A stretch of DNA of 32,000 nt from Methanobacteriota archaeon (lineage in GTDB: Archaea > Methanobacteriota > Methanobacteria > Methanobacteriales > Methanobacteriaceae): contig JAKQFA010000006.1 of the NCBI GenBank assembly GCA_029556335.1, positions 238,741 through 270,740 of the forward strand, written 5' to 3'. The notes beneath the pieces are model-generated. The model saw only the letters and a program-made list of their open reading frames with translations, did not search any database and was not told the DNA's origin. The position numbers were made by a program, and so were the translations under genes. Below are positions 20,439-30,970 of the stretch, in pieces. Position 1 is the stretch's first letter. Every line of letters begins with the position of its first letter.

Positions 20439-20562
20439 GCTCTGTTTTTAGAATAGTTCCACAGCCCTGGCAAAAATAAGTTCCATGGCACTAACTATGC
20501 GTACAGATGAATAAGTTACAAACTCCTGACTAAATTAATGAATAAAAAAGAAATGAGTGAGT

Positions 20563-20967
20563 TTAGTACATTTCAATCTCCTGTATTCCAAAAACACTTC
20601 CGGTTTCTCCGTCCACTTTGATGTAGGCCACCACAGTACCTACTGAATGCTGGCCTTCCTTGGTTATAACCACGGGAACGTAATATATACCTCCTTTTAA
20701 AGAGGGTGTGCCTGCTTTAGTATTGGAGAATTGTTCGGGTTTGGAAGCCATGTAATCTGATGCAATGGATTTAGCCTTTGCTGCAGATATTTTGGCTGCC
20801 GTGGATTGATTGGTCTATATTTCTTGTGAATTATCTGTAGAAGTTGTGTTGTTGGTAACATTTAAGGTAGCATTCTCTGCAGGTTGGCTTATCCACAAGT
20901 AGGCTACTGCTCCGACTAGGAATATTATCACTACTACCAGGATCAGGATAACACCTTTATAATTCAT
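20563..20967 (-). pseudogene. PepSY-domain membrane protein interrupted by one in-frame TAG (20815-20817)
   Basis: ATG 20967 has an AGGAGA SD about 10 nt upstream and opens a TM anchor (VILILVVVIIFLVGAVAYLWI) plus a sequon-rich linker. A TAG follows, and then the same frame encodes a PepSY-like domain (AAKISAAKAKSIASDY...VAYIKVDGETGSVFGIQEIEMY) running to TAA 20563. Confidence 0.65.
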
Positions 20968-21117
20968 AGATAAATCATCTCCTACCATTTCTATTCTTTA
21001 TCTCTCTTTGTTAATAATTTTTTGGATAAAATCTTATATTCAGCTTTTTAGAGAGGTAAATACAATCTTCGGTCGTAAAAAAATTTCTAGAAACCTAGAA
21101 GGCTGAGATTGAGTTTC

Positions 21118-21813
21118 CTAATCATCTACCAAACTTTTTATATCTTTAACCACGTCTCTGATAGCCTCTTCCAGCAGAGACTTACCTAGTTCTGGGTCAG
21201 CACTGATGTTTTTTCCTTCTGATTCCCTGGCTCCTCTATCAATTCCTTCATCAGCATTTCTAGCTTCTTCAAGTCCAATCATGCAGAATTCAGGATACTT
21301 TTCCACGTCACAATGTTCTCCCAGCCTTTCCTGATCCGTTATGCCCAGGAACTCACCCATGGAAAGTTCCCCACTTCCAGCATGCGGGCCTTCAATATCC
21401 ACGATTCTGTTGTTGAAACTGATATGCAGTCCAAGATCCTCTTCGATACCCTTTAGATTTTCCCTGATAGGCATGTTTCCACCATGCCCATTGACAAGGA
21501 TGATTTTCTCCAGTTGTAAATTTTTTTTTGCAGAGCGTAGGGTGGGTTTGAGTTGTTTTTCTACCAGTTCCAGAGGTTTCAAGTGCACGCCGTGTTTAAC
21601 ATAGTTGTATTCGGTAGCAGCATATAACACGCCTAAAAATGCGGCCCCGGTCCGTAAAGATGCTTGCAGTGCAACATGGGCTGCTATTTTAGAGTCTGTA
21701 TCTATTGGTAATGCGGCTCCATGGTTTTCCAGATGGGAACCGAGAGCTAGTACGCCTATTTTATGCACATCTGGTGATATAATATTTCCTGAAGAATATC
21801 TAAGTTTTATCAT
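21118..21813 (-). CDS. arfB: 2-amino-5-formylamino-6-ribosylaminopyrimidin-4(3H)-one 5'-monophosphate deformylase (creatininase-fold, riboflavin/F420 pathway)
   Basis: Creatininase-family motifs are present: [26 protein letters not shown] and HAGSGELS. The length of 231 aa matches archaeal ArfB. Confidence 0.75.
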   Translation of the reverse strand: MIKLRYSSGNIISPDVHKIGVLALGSHLENHGAALPIDTDSKIAAHVALQASLRTGAAFLGVLYAATEYNYVKHGVHLKPLELVEKQLKPTLRSAKKNLQLEKIILVNGHGGNMPIRENLKGIEEDLGLHISFNNRIVDIEGPHAGSGELSMGEFLGITDQERLGEHCDVEKYPEFCMIGLEEARNADEGIDRGARESEGKNISADPELGKSLLEEAIRDVVKDIKSLVDD

Positions 21814-21864
21814 GCTTCTTCCTGTAAAATGCGTTTTTTTATTCTAAAAATTTTAAATCCACTT

Positions 21865-22356
21865 CTAAACTTCTAAACTCCAGATCTTATCCCCCACATA
21901 ATGAAGCGTCTTAACGGCCTTACCTTGCTGACTTTCCACCATTGCTTTTCCAGAAATCAGGGCACGACCAATGGCTAAAGGTTTTCTGTGGGATTCTTCA
22001 ATGACGATCACAACGTCACCTTCTTTGATCTGGGGATCGGCTTCCACAATACCCGGGGACATGACATCTGCACCGTTGGCCACAAATTTCACAGCACCCC
22101 GATCCACCACCACATAATGTGATTCTGAAAAACGTTGTAAAACTCCTTTCAGGGCAGGATAGGGTATTCCATCTAGGACCATTATTAAAGGCTCACCATC
22201 TACCAGTATAAGGTCTTCCACATCTGTTTCTAGCATTTCTATCTGTACATTATCAGGTAAGAGGTCAGAGTAAATGCCAAGCTTTTCCTTTACCTCTTTG
22301 AGGTATTTCTTTTTAAGGTGGTAGCGTTTTTTTATTCTCAAATAACAACACCGCAT
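21865..22356 (-). CDS. PUA-domain RNA-binding protein
   Basis: The C-terminal PUA domain reads [58 protein letters not shown] 22341 would give the typical [13 protein letters not shown]-terminus and is an alternative start. Confidence 0.75.
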   Translation of the reverse strand: MRCCYLRIKKRYHLKKKYLKEVKEKLGIYSDLLPDNVQIEMLETDVEDLILVDGEPLIMVLDGIPYPALKGVLQRFSESHYVVVDRGAVKFVANGADVMSPGIVEADPQIKEGDVVIVIEESHRKPLAIGRALISGKAMVESQQGKAVKTLHYVGDKIWSLEV

Positions 22357-22359
22357 TAG

Positions 22360-22692
<333 letters not shown>

Positions 22693-22746
22693 TTTGGATC
22701 TACCGGGATAAGAAAGAATAGTATTAATTTTTGTTGGAGGTAAATA

Positions 22747-22929
22747 ATGAAAGGTACACCCTCATTTGGTAAGCGTAACAAAAAAACACACATAAGATGC
22801 CGTAGGTGTGGTAAAAACTCTTACAATGCCCGGAAGAGGTACTGCGCCGCCTGCGGATTTGGAAGATCCAGCAGGATACGCACTTACAACTGGCAGAACA
22901 AGAAGATTAATGGATATAGGTTGAAATAG
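22747..22929 (+). CDS. rpl37e: 50S ribosomal protein L37e
   Basis: [37 protein letters not shown] contains a zinc ribbon. A perfect GGAGGT SD lies upstream. The conserved adjacency to the Sm gene supports the call. Confidence 0.95.
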   Translation: MKGTPSFGKRNKKTHIRCRRCGKNSYNARKRYCAACGFGRSSRIRTYNWQNKKINGYRLK

Positions 22930-23820
<891 letters not shown>

Positions 23821-23885
23821 AATTTTCGAAGAAGATTTCATATTGATTCTAAATTAGTAATATCATAGTACCGGGAGAACTTGAA

Positions 23886-25283
23886 GTGCAAGATAAATGT
23901 GGTATTGTAGGTGCTTATTCTCTTAATAAGTCCAAAAATGTATCTAGAGATATCTATTACGGCCTTTACGCCTTGCAGCATCGTGGACAGGAATCTGCTG
24001 GCATATCTTCCCATAACAGTGGACAAATGTGCACTTACCGGGGAATGGGGTTGGTCTGTGATGTTTTTAACAATGGAAATGTGGAAGAACTGAAAGGTCA
24101 TGTGGGAATAGGACATGTTCGTTATTCTACCACTGGTAAATCTTTTTTAGAGAATTCCCAGCCATTTATGACTGAATTTGAGTCGGGAGAAATTTCGGTG
24201 GCTCATAATGGGGATATTATAAACTCTTCAGAGCTTCGCCAGGAGTTGGAAAAGAAGGGGATCCAATTTTGTTCCACCACCGATTCGGAGGTGCTCTGTC
24301 ATCTGTTAACTGAGGAGTACCAGAATACTGAGAACATGGTGGAGTCAATTAAAAAAGTATCAAAACAGATTATAGGTTCCTACTCTCTGGTTATCCTATT
24401 AAATGATGATCTGATTGTGGTTCGAGATCCTATAGGCATAAAACCCCTGGCCATGGGGAAAATAAACCAGACCACTATGGTGGCATCAGAAACAGTTGCT
24501 TTTGATGCCATAGGTGCCAATTATGTTCGGGATGTTGAACCCGGTGAAATACTACTTATAAATGATGAAATTAAGAGTTATCAGATACCTCGGAATAAGA
24601 ATACTCCACGAGCACACTGTATGTTTGAATATGTTTATTTTGCCCGACCAGACAGCATCTTGGATGGGCGTTCGGTCTACAACGTGAGATTAAACATTGG
24701 AAAATCCCTGGCTCAACAATACCCAGTGGAGGCAGATGTGGTTATGCCCATCCCGGACTCGGCCATCACTGCAGCTATAGGATATTCACGGGAATCTGGA
24801 TTACCATACGGAGAAGGGCTTATCAAAAATCGCTACGTTGGTCGAACCTTTATTATGCCTACCCAAGAAGAACGAGAAAACTCAGTTCGTCTTAAAATGA
24901 ATCCCATACGTTCAGAACTGCAGGGTAAACGTATCGTAATAGTGGATGACAGCATAGTCAGGGGAACCACTTCCAAAGCATTAGTGGAAGTAATACGTGA
25001 TGCCGGAGTGGAAGAAATTCATCTTAGAATAGGTTGTCCACCTATCATTTCCCCCTGTTACTACGGCATTGCCATGGCCACCAAAAAGGAGCTAATTGCC
25101 TCGGATAAGAAGGCGGAAGAAATCCGAAAAATATTGGGGGTTGATTCCCTGGGATATCTGAGTGCAGAGGCCCTGGTGGAGTGTATTGGTATAAAGAGAG
25201 ATGAATTATGTATGGGTTGTTTGACTGGGGACTATCCCACCGATTTACCGGATGACTTAGAGGATTACGAGGCTTGCCGGTAA
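23886..25283 (+). CDS. purF: Amidophosphoribosyltransferase
   Basis: A short propeptide precedes the Ntn Cys ([10 protein letters not shown]). HVRYSTTG and the PRPP loop [13 protein letters not shown] are present. The start is GTG with a GGGAGA upstream. Confidence 0.93.
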   Translation: MQDKCGIVGAYSLNKSKNVSRDIYYGLYALQHRGQESAGISSHNSGQMCTYRGMGLVCDVFNNGNVEELKGHVGIGHVRYSTTGKSFLENSQPFMTEFESGEISVAHNGDIINSSELRQELEKKGIQFCSTTDSEVLCHLLTEEYQNTENMVESIKKVSKQIIGSYSLVILLNDDLIVVRDPIGIKPLAMGKINQTTMVASETVAFDAIGANYVRDVEPGEILLINDEIKSYQIPRNKNTPRAHCMFEYVYFARPDSILDGRSVYNVRLNIGKSLAQQYPVEADVVMPIPDSAITAAIGYSRESGLPYGEGLIKNRYVGRTFIMPTQEERENSVRLKMNPIRSELQGKRIVIVDDSIVRGTTSKALVEVIRDAGVEEIHLRIGCPPIISPCYYGIAMATKKELIASDKKAEEIRKILGVDSLGYLSAEALVECIGIKRDELCMGCLTGDYPTDLPDDLEDYEACR

Positions 25284-25291
25284 TAGATAGG

Positions 25292-25299
25292 TTTTTTTT
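25292..25299 (+). terminator. Oligo-T tract (T8) just after the purF stop, followed by further T-runs
   Basis: The sequence ggttttttttacag begins 9 nt after the stop, with more T4-T5 runs up to about 25320. This is the archaeal oligo-T termination signal. Confidence 0.45.
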
Positions 25300-25505
25300 A
25301 CAGTTGAGTTTTAACTTTTTGGTTTTATCTCTTGAAAACAAATTATTAGGTACTGTAATGTATATTTTTGATCAATAAAGTATATATCATTCCAATAACA
25401 ATCTGTTAGTTAAGGAAACAGATCACAAACTACCAATCCTACTTTATCAATAGATATTATTAAGATTTGTTTGCAATCAAATTTTAAAGATAATGTTGGA
25501 ATTTC

Positions 25506-27590
25506 ATGATCAATAAAAAAAGGAAGAATCAGCTTAGATCACCATTTAATCGTCATTTGAAAGGAAATTATAGTCATGAACCTTGTGGTGAAGAATTAAT
25601 CCATTCCCGAGAGATTTTCTCGGATATCATTAAACATCTCCCTGATGCTACCTTTGTAATAAATTCTGATGGAGCTGTTGTTGCTTGGAATCAGGCCATG
25701 GAGGAGTTAACAGATGTTAAAGCTGAATATATCATGGGTAAAGATGACTATGAATACTCAATTCCATTTTATGGTGAAAGAAGGCCCATCCTGATTGATC
25801 AGGTGTTTAAGTTAGATTCACAGTTGGCACGTACCTATCAGAAATTCAAAAGTAAAGAAGAGGCCATCACAGCCGAAGTGTTCATTCCCAAACTTAGGGG
25901 TAAGTCGACCTATTTGTGGGGAAAGGCTGCTCCACTATATAATAGACGGAGAGAGATAGTTGGTGCTATTGAATCCATAAGGGATATCTCTGATATGAAA
26001 CAAGCTGAAGTGGAGATAAATAAATATCAGGATCATCTGGAGGAACTGGTTGAAAAACGTACTTCAGAGCTAAGAAACAGCGAAAAAAAGCTAAAAGACA
26101 TAATTTACGGTTCACCGATTCCCACCTTCATCATAGATAGAAACCATCGAGTAATCTACTGGAATCAAGCACTGGAAGAATTCACTGAAATTATGGCCGA
26201 GGAAATAATTGGAACCAAAGATCATTACCGTATATTTTACAGTAACAAAAGGCCCTGTTTAGCGGATCTGCTTGTGGAAGATGGGATAGAAGATATCGAA
26301 TACTGGTATTCTGGAAATTATCAAAGATCCAAATTGATAGAAGGAGCTTATCATGTAACTGACTTTTTCCCACTTTTGGGGAAGGACGGTAAATGGCTTA
26401 CCTCCACCACCGCAGTGATCAGGGATGCTAAAGACGATATTATCGGAGCTATGACGGTTATTGAGGACATAACACAGCGTCGATTAGTAGAAGAAGCTCT
26501 ACAAAAATCTGAATCTAAATATAGGACCATATTCGAAAATACGGGCACTGCCACCGTCCTCATTCAAGAAGATACCACCCTATCCTTAGTAAACTCTGAG
26601 TTCGTTAGGTTAACCGGTTTCTCACGGGAAGAAGCCCATGGTAAAAGTTGGCTTGAGTTCGTTTCTGAAGATGATAAGGATAGGATGATCAAATATCATC
26701 TGTTAAGAACCATGGACTCAAAAATACCGCCTCAAAACTATGAATTCAGTTTTTTAAGAAAAAATGGAACTTTTGGGGATGGTTACATGACCATCGAGAC
26801 TATACCCGGAACTTCCCAGAGAGTAGCATCTATTGTGGATATCACCGACCGCAAAAAATCGGAAAAAGAGCTTAAGAAACTCAATGAAAAATTGAGAAAG
26901 TCCAATGTGGAACTGGAACAATTTGCATCCATTGCTGCTCATGATCTCCATGAACCACTGCGCATGGTTGTTAGTTTTTTAAAATTATTGAAGCAACATA
27001 ACCAGGATAAATTGGATCCTAAGGCTCAGAAATTCATTGAATATGCATCAGAGGGGGCGGTTAGAATGCAACAGATGATTAATGAACTATTAACCTATTC
27101 CCGCCTCAGCACCAGAAAAAAGGAATTGAGGGATGTGGATTGTCAAAAAATACTGGATCAGGTATTAATGAATCTGAAACTGTCAATAAAAGATAGTAAG
27201 GCGAAGATCACTATTGATCCACTACCCATACTAACTGCTGATTATTCTCAATTATTACAACTCTTCCAGAATCTCATAGGTAACGCCATCAAGTACTGTG
27301 GCCAGGATAAACCTGAAATCCATATTTCAGCCCGTAAAATGGGTGAAGAATGGCTGTTCACCGTGGAAGACAAGGGTATAGGGATAGATCCCAAGTATGC
27401 CCAACGCATTTTCATGATCTTCCAGAGACTTCACCAGGCCGAGTATCCTGGCACAGGGATGGGCCTGGCCATCTGTAAAAAAATTGTGGAAAGACATGGT
27501 GGATGGATGTGGGTGGATTCTAAGTTAGGAGAAGGTTCTAAATTTTATTTTACTATTCCTGTAAAATCAGTGCCTAAAATATTTATCTAA
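25506..27590 (+). CDS. Cytoplasmic multi-PAS sensor histidine kinase
   Basis: At least three PAS-like modules are present (FVINSDGAVVAWNQAMEELT, FIIDRNHRVIYWNQALEEFT, YRTIFENTGTATVLIQED). The H-box is AAHDLHEPLR, the N-box is NLIGNAIKY, and the G-boxes are DKGIGID and GTGMGLAICKKIVERHGG. No TM segments were seen. Confidence 0.88.
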   Translation: MINKKRKNQLRSPFNRHLKGNYSHEPCGEELIHSREIFSDIIKHLPDATFVINSDGAVVAWNQAMEELTDVKAEYIMGKDDYEYSIPFYGERRPILIDQVFKLDSQLARTYQKFKSKEEAITAEVFIPKLRGKSTYLWGKAAPLYNRRREIVGAIESIRDISDMKQAEVEINKYQDHLEELVEKRTSELRNSEKKLKDIIYGSPIPTFIIDRNHRVIYWNQALEEFTEIMAEEIIGTKDHYRIFYSNKRPCLADLLVEDGIEDIEYWYSGNYQRSKLIEGAYHVTDFFPLLGKDGKWLTSTTAVIRDAKDDIIGAMTVIEDITQRRLVEEALQKSESKYRTIFENTGTATVLIQEDTTLSLVNSEFVRLTGFSREEAHGKSWLEFVSEDDKDRMIKYHLLRTMDSKIPPQNYEFSFLRKNGTFGDGYMTIETIPGTSQRVASIVDITDRKKSEKELKKLNEKLRKSNVELEQFASIAAHDLHEPLRMVVSFLKLLKQHNQDKLDPKAQKFIEYASEGAVRMQQMINELLTYSRLSTRKKELRDVDCQKILDQVLMNLKLSIKDSKAKITIDPLPILTADYSQLLQLFQNLIGNAIKYCGQDKPEIHISARKMGEEWLFTVEDKGIGIDPKYAQRIFMIFQRLHQAEYPGTGMGLAICKKIVERHGGWMWVDSKLGEGSKFYFTIPVKSVPKIFI

Positions 27591-27690
27591 TTTTTCATAA
27601 ATCATGTAAACAATGAATTTTAAAAAATGCCTAAGGACATCATTAACTTAAACAAGATTCTCCTGAAGATAATCGGAGAGTTATCTAAAT

Positions 27691-28926
27691 GTGAAGGTGA
27701 TAGAAATAGTTGAATTACTGGCACCAGCCCGGGATTTCCAGGCTTTAAGTGCAGCTATAAATAATGGGGCTGATGCCGTGTATGTAGGCTTGATCGGACA
27801 CAATATGCGGGCCAACAGTGGAGGTTTCTCCCTGGAAGACTTGGAAAGGGCAGTAAGGCGCTGTCATAATTCGAGGGTGAAGTTATACCTGTGCACCAAC
27901 ACCATGATGCGGGATAAAGATCTGGATGATCTTAGGGATAAACTACCAAAAATTAATTTATTAGGAGTAGATGCGTTAATAGCATCTGATTTGGGTGTTT
28001 TAAATCTGGCTAGACAAGAAGGCCTGGATGTGCACATGAGTGTACAAGCTAATGTGTCCAATAAGGAATCTTTAAGGCTTCTTAAAGAATTAGGGGTAAA
28101 ACGAGTGATACTCTCCAGGGAATTATCCCTATCGGAAATAAAGGAGATTACAGAAAAAAATATCCTGGAGGTGGAGGTCTTTGTGCACGGGGCCATGTGC
28201 CTAGCCATATCTGGAAGGTGTTTTTTAAGTGCACATCTCTATCAGAAAAGTGCTAACTGTGGCGAGTGCCGTCAACCCTGCCGCAAGGAGTGGAAACTCA
28301 CCTCTCAGGATGCGGAAGAACTTTCAATTGGAAAAAATTTCCTGGAAAACCAGAAAACAGGTTCAAACAGTTCATTCGGACACTTGTTAAGTCCGAAAGA
28401 CCTTTGCATGGTTGAACACATACCAGATCTCATGGATGCCGGAATATCTTCCTTTAAAATTGAAGGAAGGGCCCGGCCCGCCGATTATGTGGCTGCGGTC
28501 ACCGGGGTGTACCGGGAGGCCATGGACTTTTATGAAAATGGGAACTGGAAATTCGATGAAAAATGGATGGAAAAACTAAAAAAAGTTTTCAACCGAGGAT
28601 TTGATACAGGCTTCTATTATGGGGTGCCCCACCAGATTAGCCCCTCTAATCAGTCCACGTACCGTAAAGAAGACATTGGTGAGGTGGTTAATTACTACCA
28701 AAAGGCACAAGCTGCTGAGATACGATTATGGAGTAGACTCCAAGAGGGGGATGAAGTGATAATCCAGGGACCTACCACTGGATCAGTAGTTCAAAAGGTA
28801 GAATCTCTGGAAATGCATGGAATGGGTGTTGGAAAAGCTTTTAAAGGGGATAATGTGGGTTTATTGGTTGAAAACCGGGTGCGCCCTCGGGACGTTGTCT
28901 ACAAACTTACGAAAAAAACAGGATAA
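27691..28926 (+). CDS. Peptidase U32 family protein (probable Fe-S enzyme rather than a protease)
   Basis: The sequence matches the U32 signature E-x-F-x2-G-[SA]-[LIVM]-C-x4-G-x-C-x-[LIVM]-S as [19 protein letters not shown]. Further Cys residues follow in CGECRQPC. The start is GTG. Confidence 0.85.
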   Translation: MKVIEIVELLAPARDFQALSAAINNGADAVYVGLIGHNMRANSGGFSLEDLERAVRRCHNSRVKLYLCTNTMMRDKDLDDLRDKLPKINLLGVDALIASDLGVLNLARQEGLDVHMSVQANVSNKESLRLLKELGVKRVILSRELSLSEIKEITEKNILEVEVFVHGAMCLAISGRCFLSAHLYQKSANCGECRQPCRKEWKLTSQDAEELSIGKNFLENQKTGSNSSFGHLLSPKDLCMVEHIPDLMDAGISSFKIEGRARPADYVAAVTGVYREAMDFYENGNWKFDEKWMEKLKKVFNRGFDTGFYYGVPHQISPSNQSTYRKEDIGEVVNYYQKAQAAEIRLWSRLQEGDEVIIQGPTTGSVVQKVESLEMHGMGVGKAFKGDNVGLLVENRVRPRDVVYKLTKKTG

Positions 28927-29098
28927 AGGGTTCATCTAGCTATATATGAGTTTTATCTTTTCTTTAAATATACAACGCATAATGGAAAAGAAATAATCCT
29001 AGAAAAACCATAGTAACGGGTAGTGATCCCCCGGAAGTTAATAGTACTGTTAATATAAAAACATGCTTTTTAGAAATGATAGTGGAGATGGTCATGTG

Positions 29099-29569
29099 AT
29101 GAAAATAGAAGAAGCCATGCAGAGAGAGGTAATCAAATACCAACCAGAGGATCGAATTGTGGAAGTGGCCCAGAGCTTGCGGGATAATAAGATCAGTGGA
29201 GCACCTATCGTGAATAAAGAAGGCCTTCTTGTAGGAATCATTAGTGAGGGTGATATCATGCGACTTTTAGAGGTACACTCCCCCCGCATTAACCTGATCC
29301 TTCCCGCTCCCCTGGATCTTATAGAGTTACCAGTGCGTATGAAATATGAATTGGACGAAATTGCAGAAGACATGAACAAGGCTGCATCGGTGCTTATTGG
29401 AGAGATAATGACCACCAAGGTGATAACCATAGGTCCTGAAGATGATTTATCTGATGCCGCCCAACTCATGGACACCCACAATATCAACCGGCTGCCGGTT
29501 GTGGATGGAAGTGGTAAGATAGTGGGTCTGGTGACCCGGGGTGATATCATAGCCGCCATGGTGAGATGA
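29099..29569 (+). CDS. CBS-domain pair protein
   Basis: Two CBS motifs are present: [24 protein letters not shown] and [29 protein letters not shown] 29099 is preferred over the upstream ATG 29063. Confidence 0.85.
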   Translation: MKIEEAMQREVIKYQPEDRIVEVAQSLRDNKISGAPIVNKEGLLVGIISEGDIMRLLEVHSPRINLILPAPLDLIELPVRMKYELDEIAEDMNKAASVLIGEIMTTKVITIGPEDDLSDAAQLMDTHNINRLPVVDGSGKIVGLVTRGDIIAAMVR

Positions 29570-29570
29570 G

Positions 29571-30368
29571 ATGAAAAAAACCAGGGGTATTGCTATTTAC
29601 GGAAAGGGTGGTATTGGAAAATCTACTGTGGTCTCTAATCTGGCTGCTGCCTACTCCCAGGATGAAAAGGTAATGGTGATAGGCTGTGATCCTAAGGCGG
29701 ATACCACTCGCACCCTGGTTGGGAGGCGCATCCCCACCATCTTGGACACCATGCGTACCAATAAAAACGCCGCCCGGGGAGATGTTTTATTCACTGGCTT
29801 TAGTAATGTAATTTGTGTGGAAAGTGGAGGACCTGAACCTGGGGTGGGTTGTGCTGGCCGGGGAGTAATTGTGGCCATGAGCCTCCTGGAGAAATTAGGA
29901 ATTTTCGAGGAGGATCTAGGAATAATAATCTACGATGTACTGGGGGATGTGGTTTGTGGGGGATTCGCAGTCCCACTTCGTGAAAAATATGCTGATGAGG
30001 TTTACATTGTAACTTCAGGGGAATACATGGCTCTCTACGCCGCTAACAATATATCTAAGGGTATAAAGAAACTTAAAGGACAACTGGGTGGCATAATCTG
30101 TAACTGCCGTGGAATAGAGCATGAAGAAGATATGGTGAAGGAATTTGCTGAAAGAATCGGATCCCATGTGGTTGGGGTCATACCCCGCAGCGAGTTGGTT
30201 CAAAAGAGTGAAATCAATGCCCAAACTGTGGTGGAGAAGTTTCCAGAATCAGAACAGTCCCAGGCCTATCGTCAGCTGGCGGTTTCCATCCTTAGAAACC
30301 GGAAATTCGTGGTGCCGGAGCCCATGGATGTGGAAGAATTCGAAGAGTTCTTCCACCAGTTCAACTAG
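29571..30368 (+). CDS. cfbC: NifH-like ATPase, probable Ni-sirohydrochlorin a,c-diamide reductive cyclase subunit (F430 biosynthesis)
   Basis: The P-loop [11 protein letters not shown] and cluster cysteines in GCAGRGV and VVCGGFAVP are present. The protein is 265 aa and no nifD, nifK, nifE or nifN gene is nearby. Group IV Nif-like proteins of methanogens are CfbC. Confidence 0.65.
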   Translation: MKKTRGIAIYGKGGIGKSTVVSNLAAAYSQDEKVMVIGCDPKADTTRTLVGRRIPTILDTMRTNKNAARGDVLFTGFSNVICVESGGPEPGVGCAGRGVIVAMSLLEKLGIFEEDLGIIIYDVLGDVVCGGFAVPLREKYADEVYIVTSGEYMALYAANNISKGIKKLKGQLGGIICNCRGIEHEEDMVKEFAERIGSHVVGVIPRSELVQKSEINAQTVVEKFPESEQSQAYRQLAVSILRNRKFVVPEPMDVEEFEEFFHQFN

Positions 30369-30383
30369 TTTATTAAAGTGCTC

Positions 30384-30833
30384 CTAAATTAAATCAAGAA
30401 GAGTTTTTTGCTCCTGTTTCAGATGATTAAAGGCATCTTGGCAGGCTTCAACCGCTCCAAAACAGTTACTAAAGTAGAAAAGATGGGACTGGCACCCACA
30501 GTCCGAACAGCCAAATCCCTTTACCCCCATTCCCCCTTTGGAAATCTCGTGTGCCACTTGACATTCCAGGCGCTCATGAGTAATGGTGTACATCACTTCT
30601 GCTATTTCTGAATGGTCACTTTCAAGTAAATAGTCTACATGCCAGTGCAACTTCTTCTCCGCCCTTAGGTGACGATTAATACGGGCTGTTAGAGAATTAA
30701 GAGCAGAGCCTACGTACACGTAACATCCATCTTCAAAGTTAATTTTTCCTTTTTTCCCAACTTGAATGGTAGATTTTTCTTTTAAATTAATAATAAGGCA
30801 ATACACGCCTCGTAAGGGGTTTTTATCCGTCAT
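30384..30833 (-). CDS. GIY-YIG (Uri) superfamily protein, DUF123-like
   Basis: GVYCLII...GCYVYVGSALNSLTARINRHL is a GIY-YIG-like core. A C-terminal Cys cluster reads GFGCSDCGCQSHLFYF. Confidence 0.65.
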   Translation of the reverse strand: MTDKNPLRGVYCLIINLKEKSTIQVGKKGKINFEDGCYVYVGSALNSLTARINRHLRAEKKLHWHVDYLLESDHSEIAEVMYTITHERLECQVAHEISKGGMGVKGFGCSDCGCQSHLFYFSNCFGAVEACQDAFNHLKQEQKTLLDLI

Positions 30834-30863
30834 TTTATCCTTTGAGTATTGTCATTATCTTGT

Positions 30864-30893
30864 AAAATGGTTACCTTTGAGTTGAACCATTTT
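30864..30893. promoter_or_regulatory. Perfect 9-bp inverted repeat (aaaatggtt N12 aaccatttt) abutting a TATA-like tttattatat (30891-30900)
   Basis: Read directly from the sequence. It lies in the divergent DUF123/DUF371 intergenic region, and the right arm overlaps the BRE/TATA position for the plus-strand gene. Confidence 0.35.
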
Positions 30894-30970
30894 ATTATAT
30901 GACTAAACAAATTAGTTATCTGTGCCGTTGAATTTGGATACTATTTCTAAGAATAAAGGAGTTTTAAATT

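Noticed and set aside
20815-20817. Reading the in-frame TAG of the PepSY gene as pyrrolysine.
   Set aside because: Pyl decoding is known in Methanosarcinales, Methanomassiliicoccales and a few bacteria, not in Methanobacteriales. No pyl genes are visible here, and the TAG lies in a variable linker rather than an active site. It is kept only as something to exclude by a whole-genome search.
29092-29559. A 155-aa minus-strand ORF covering the CBS gene.
   Set aside because: The Ser/Ile/Thr-rich translation has no motifs, and the plus strand encodes two canonical CBS repeats. This is a shadow ORF.
29571-30368. Interpretation of the NifH-like gene as a true nitrogenase Fe protein (nitrogen fixation).
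   Set aside because: No nifD, nifK, nifE, nifN or nifI genes are adjacent, the protein is short (265 aa), and it stands alone after a CBS gene. This is the pattern of group IV Nif-like CfbC in methanogens. A phylogeny would be needed to be certain.
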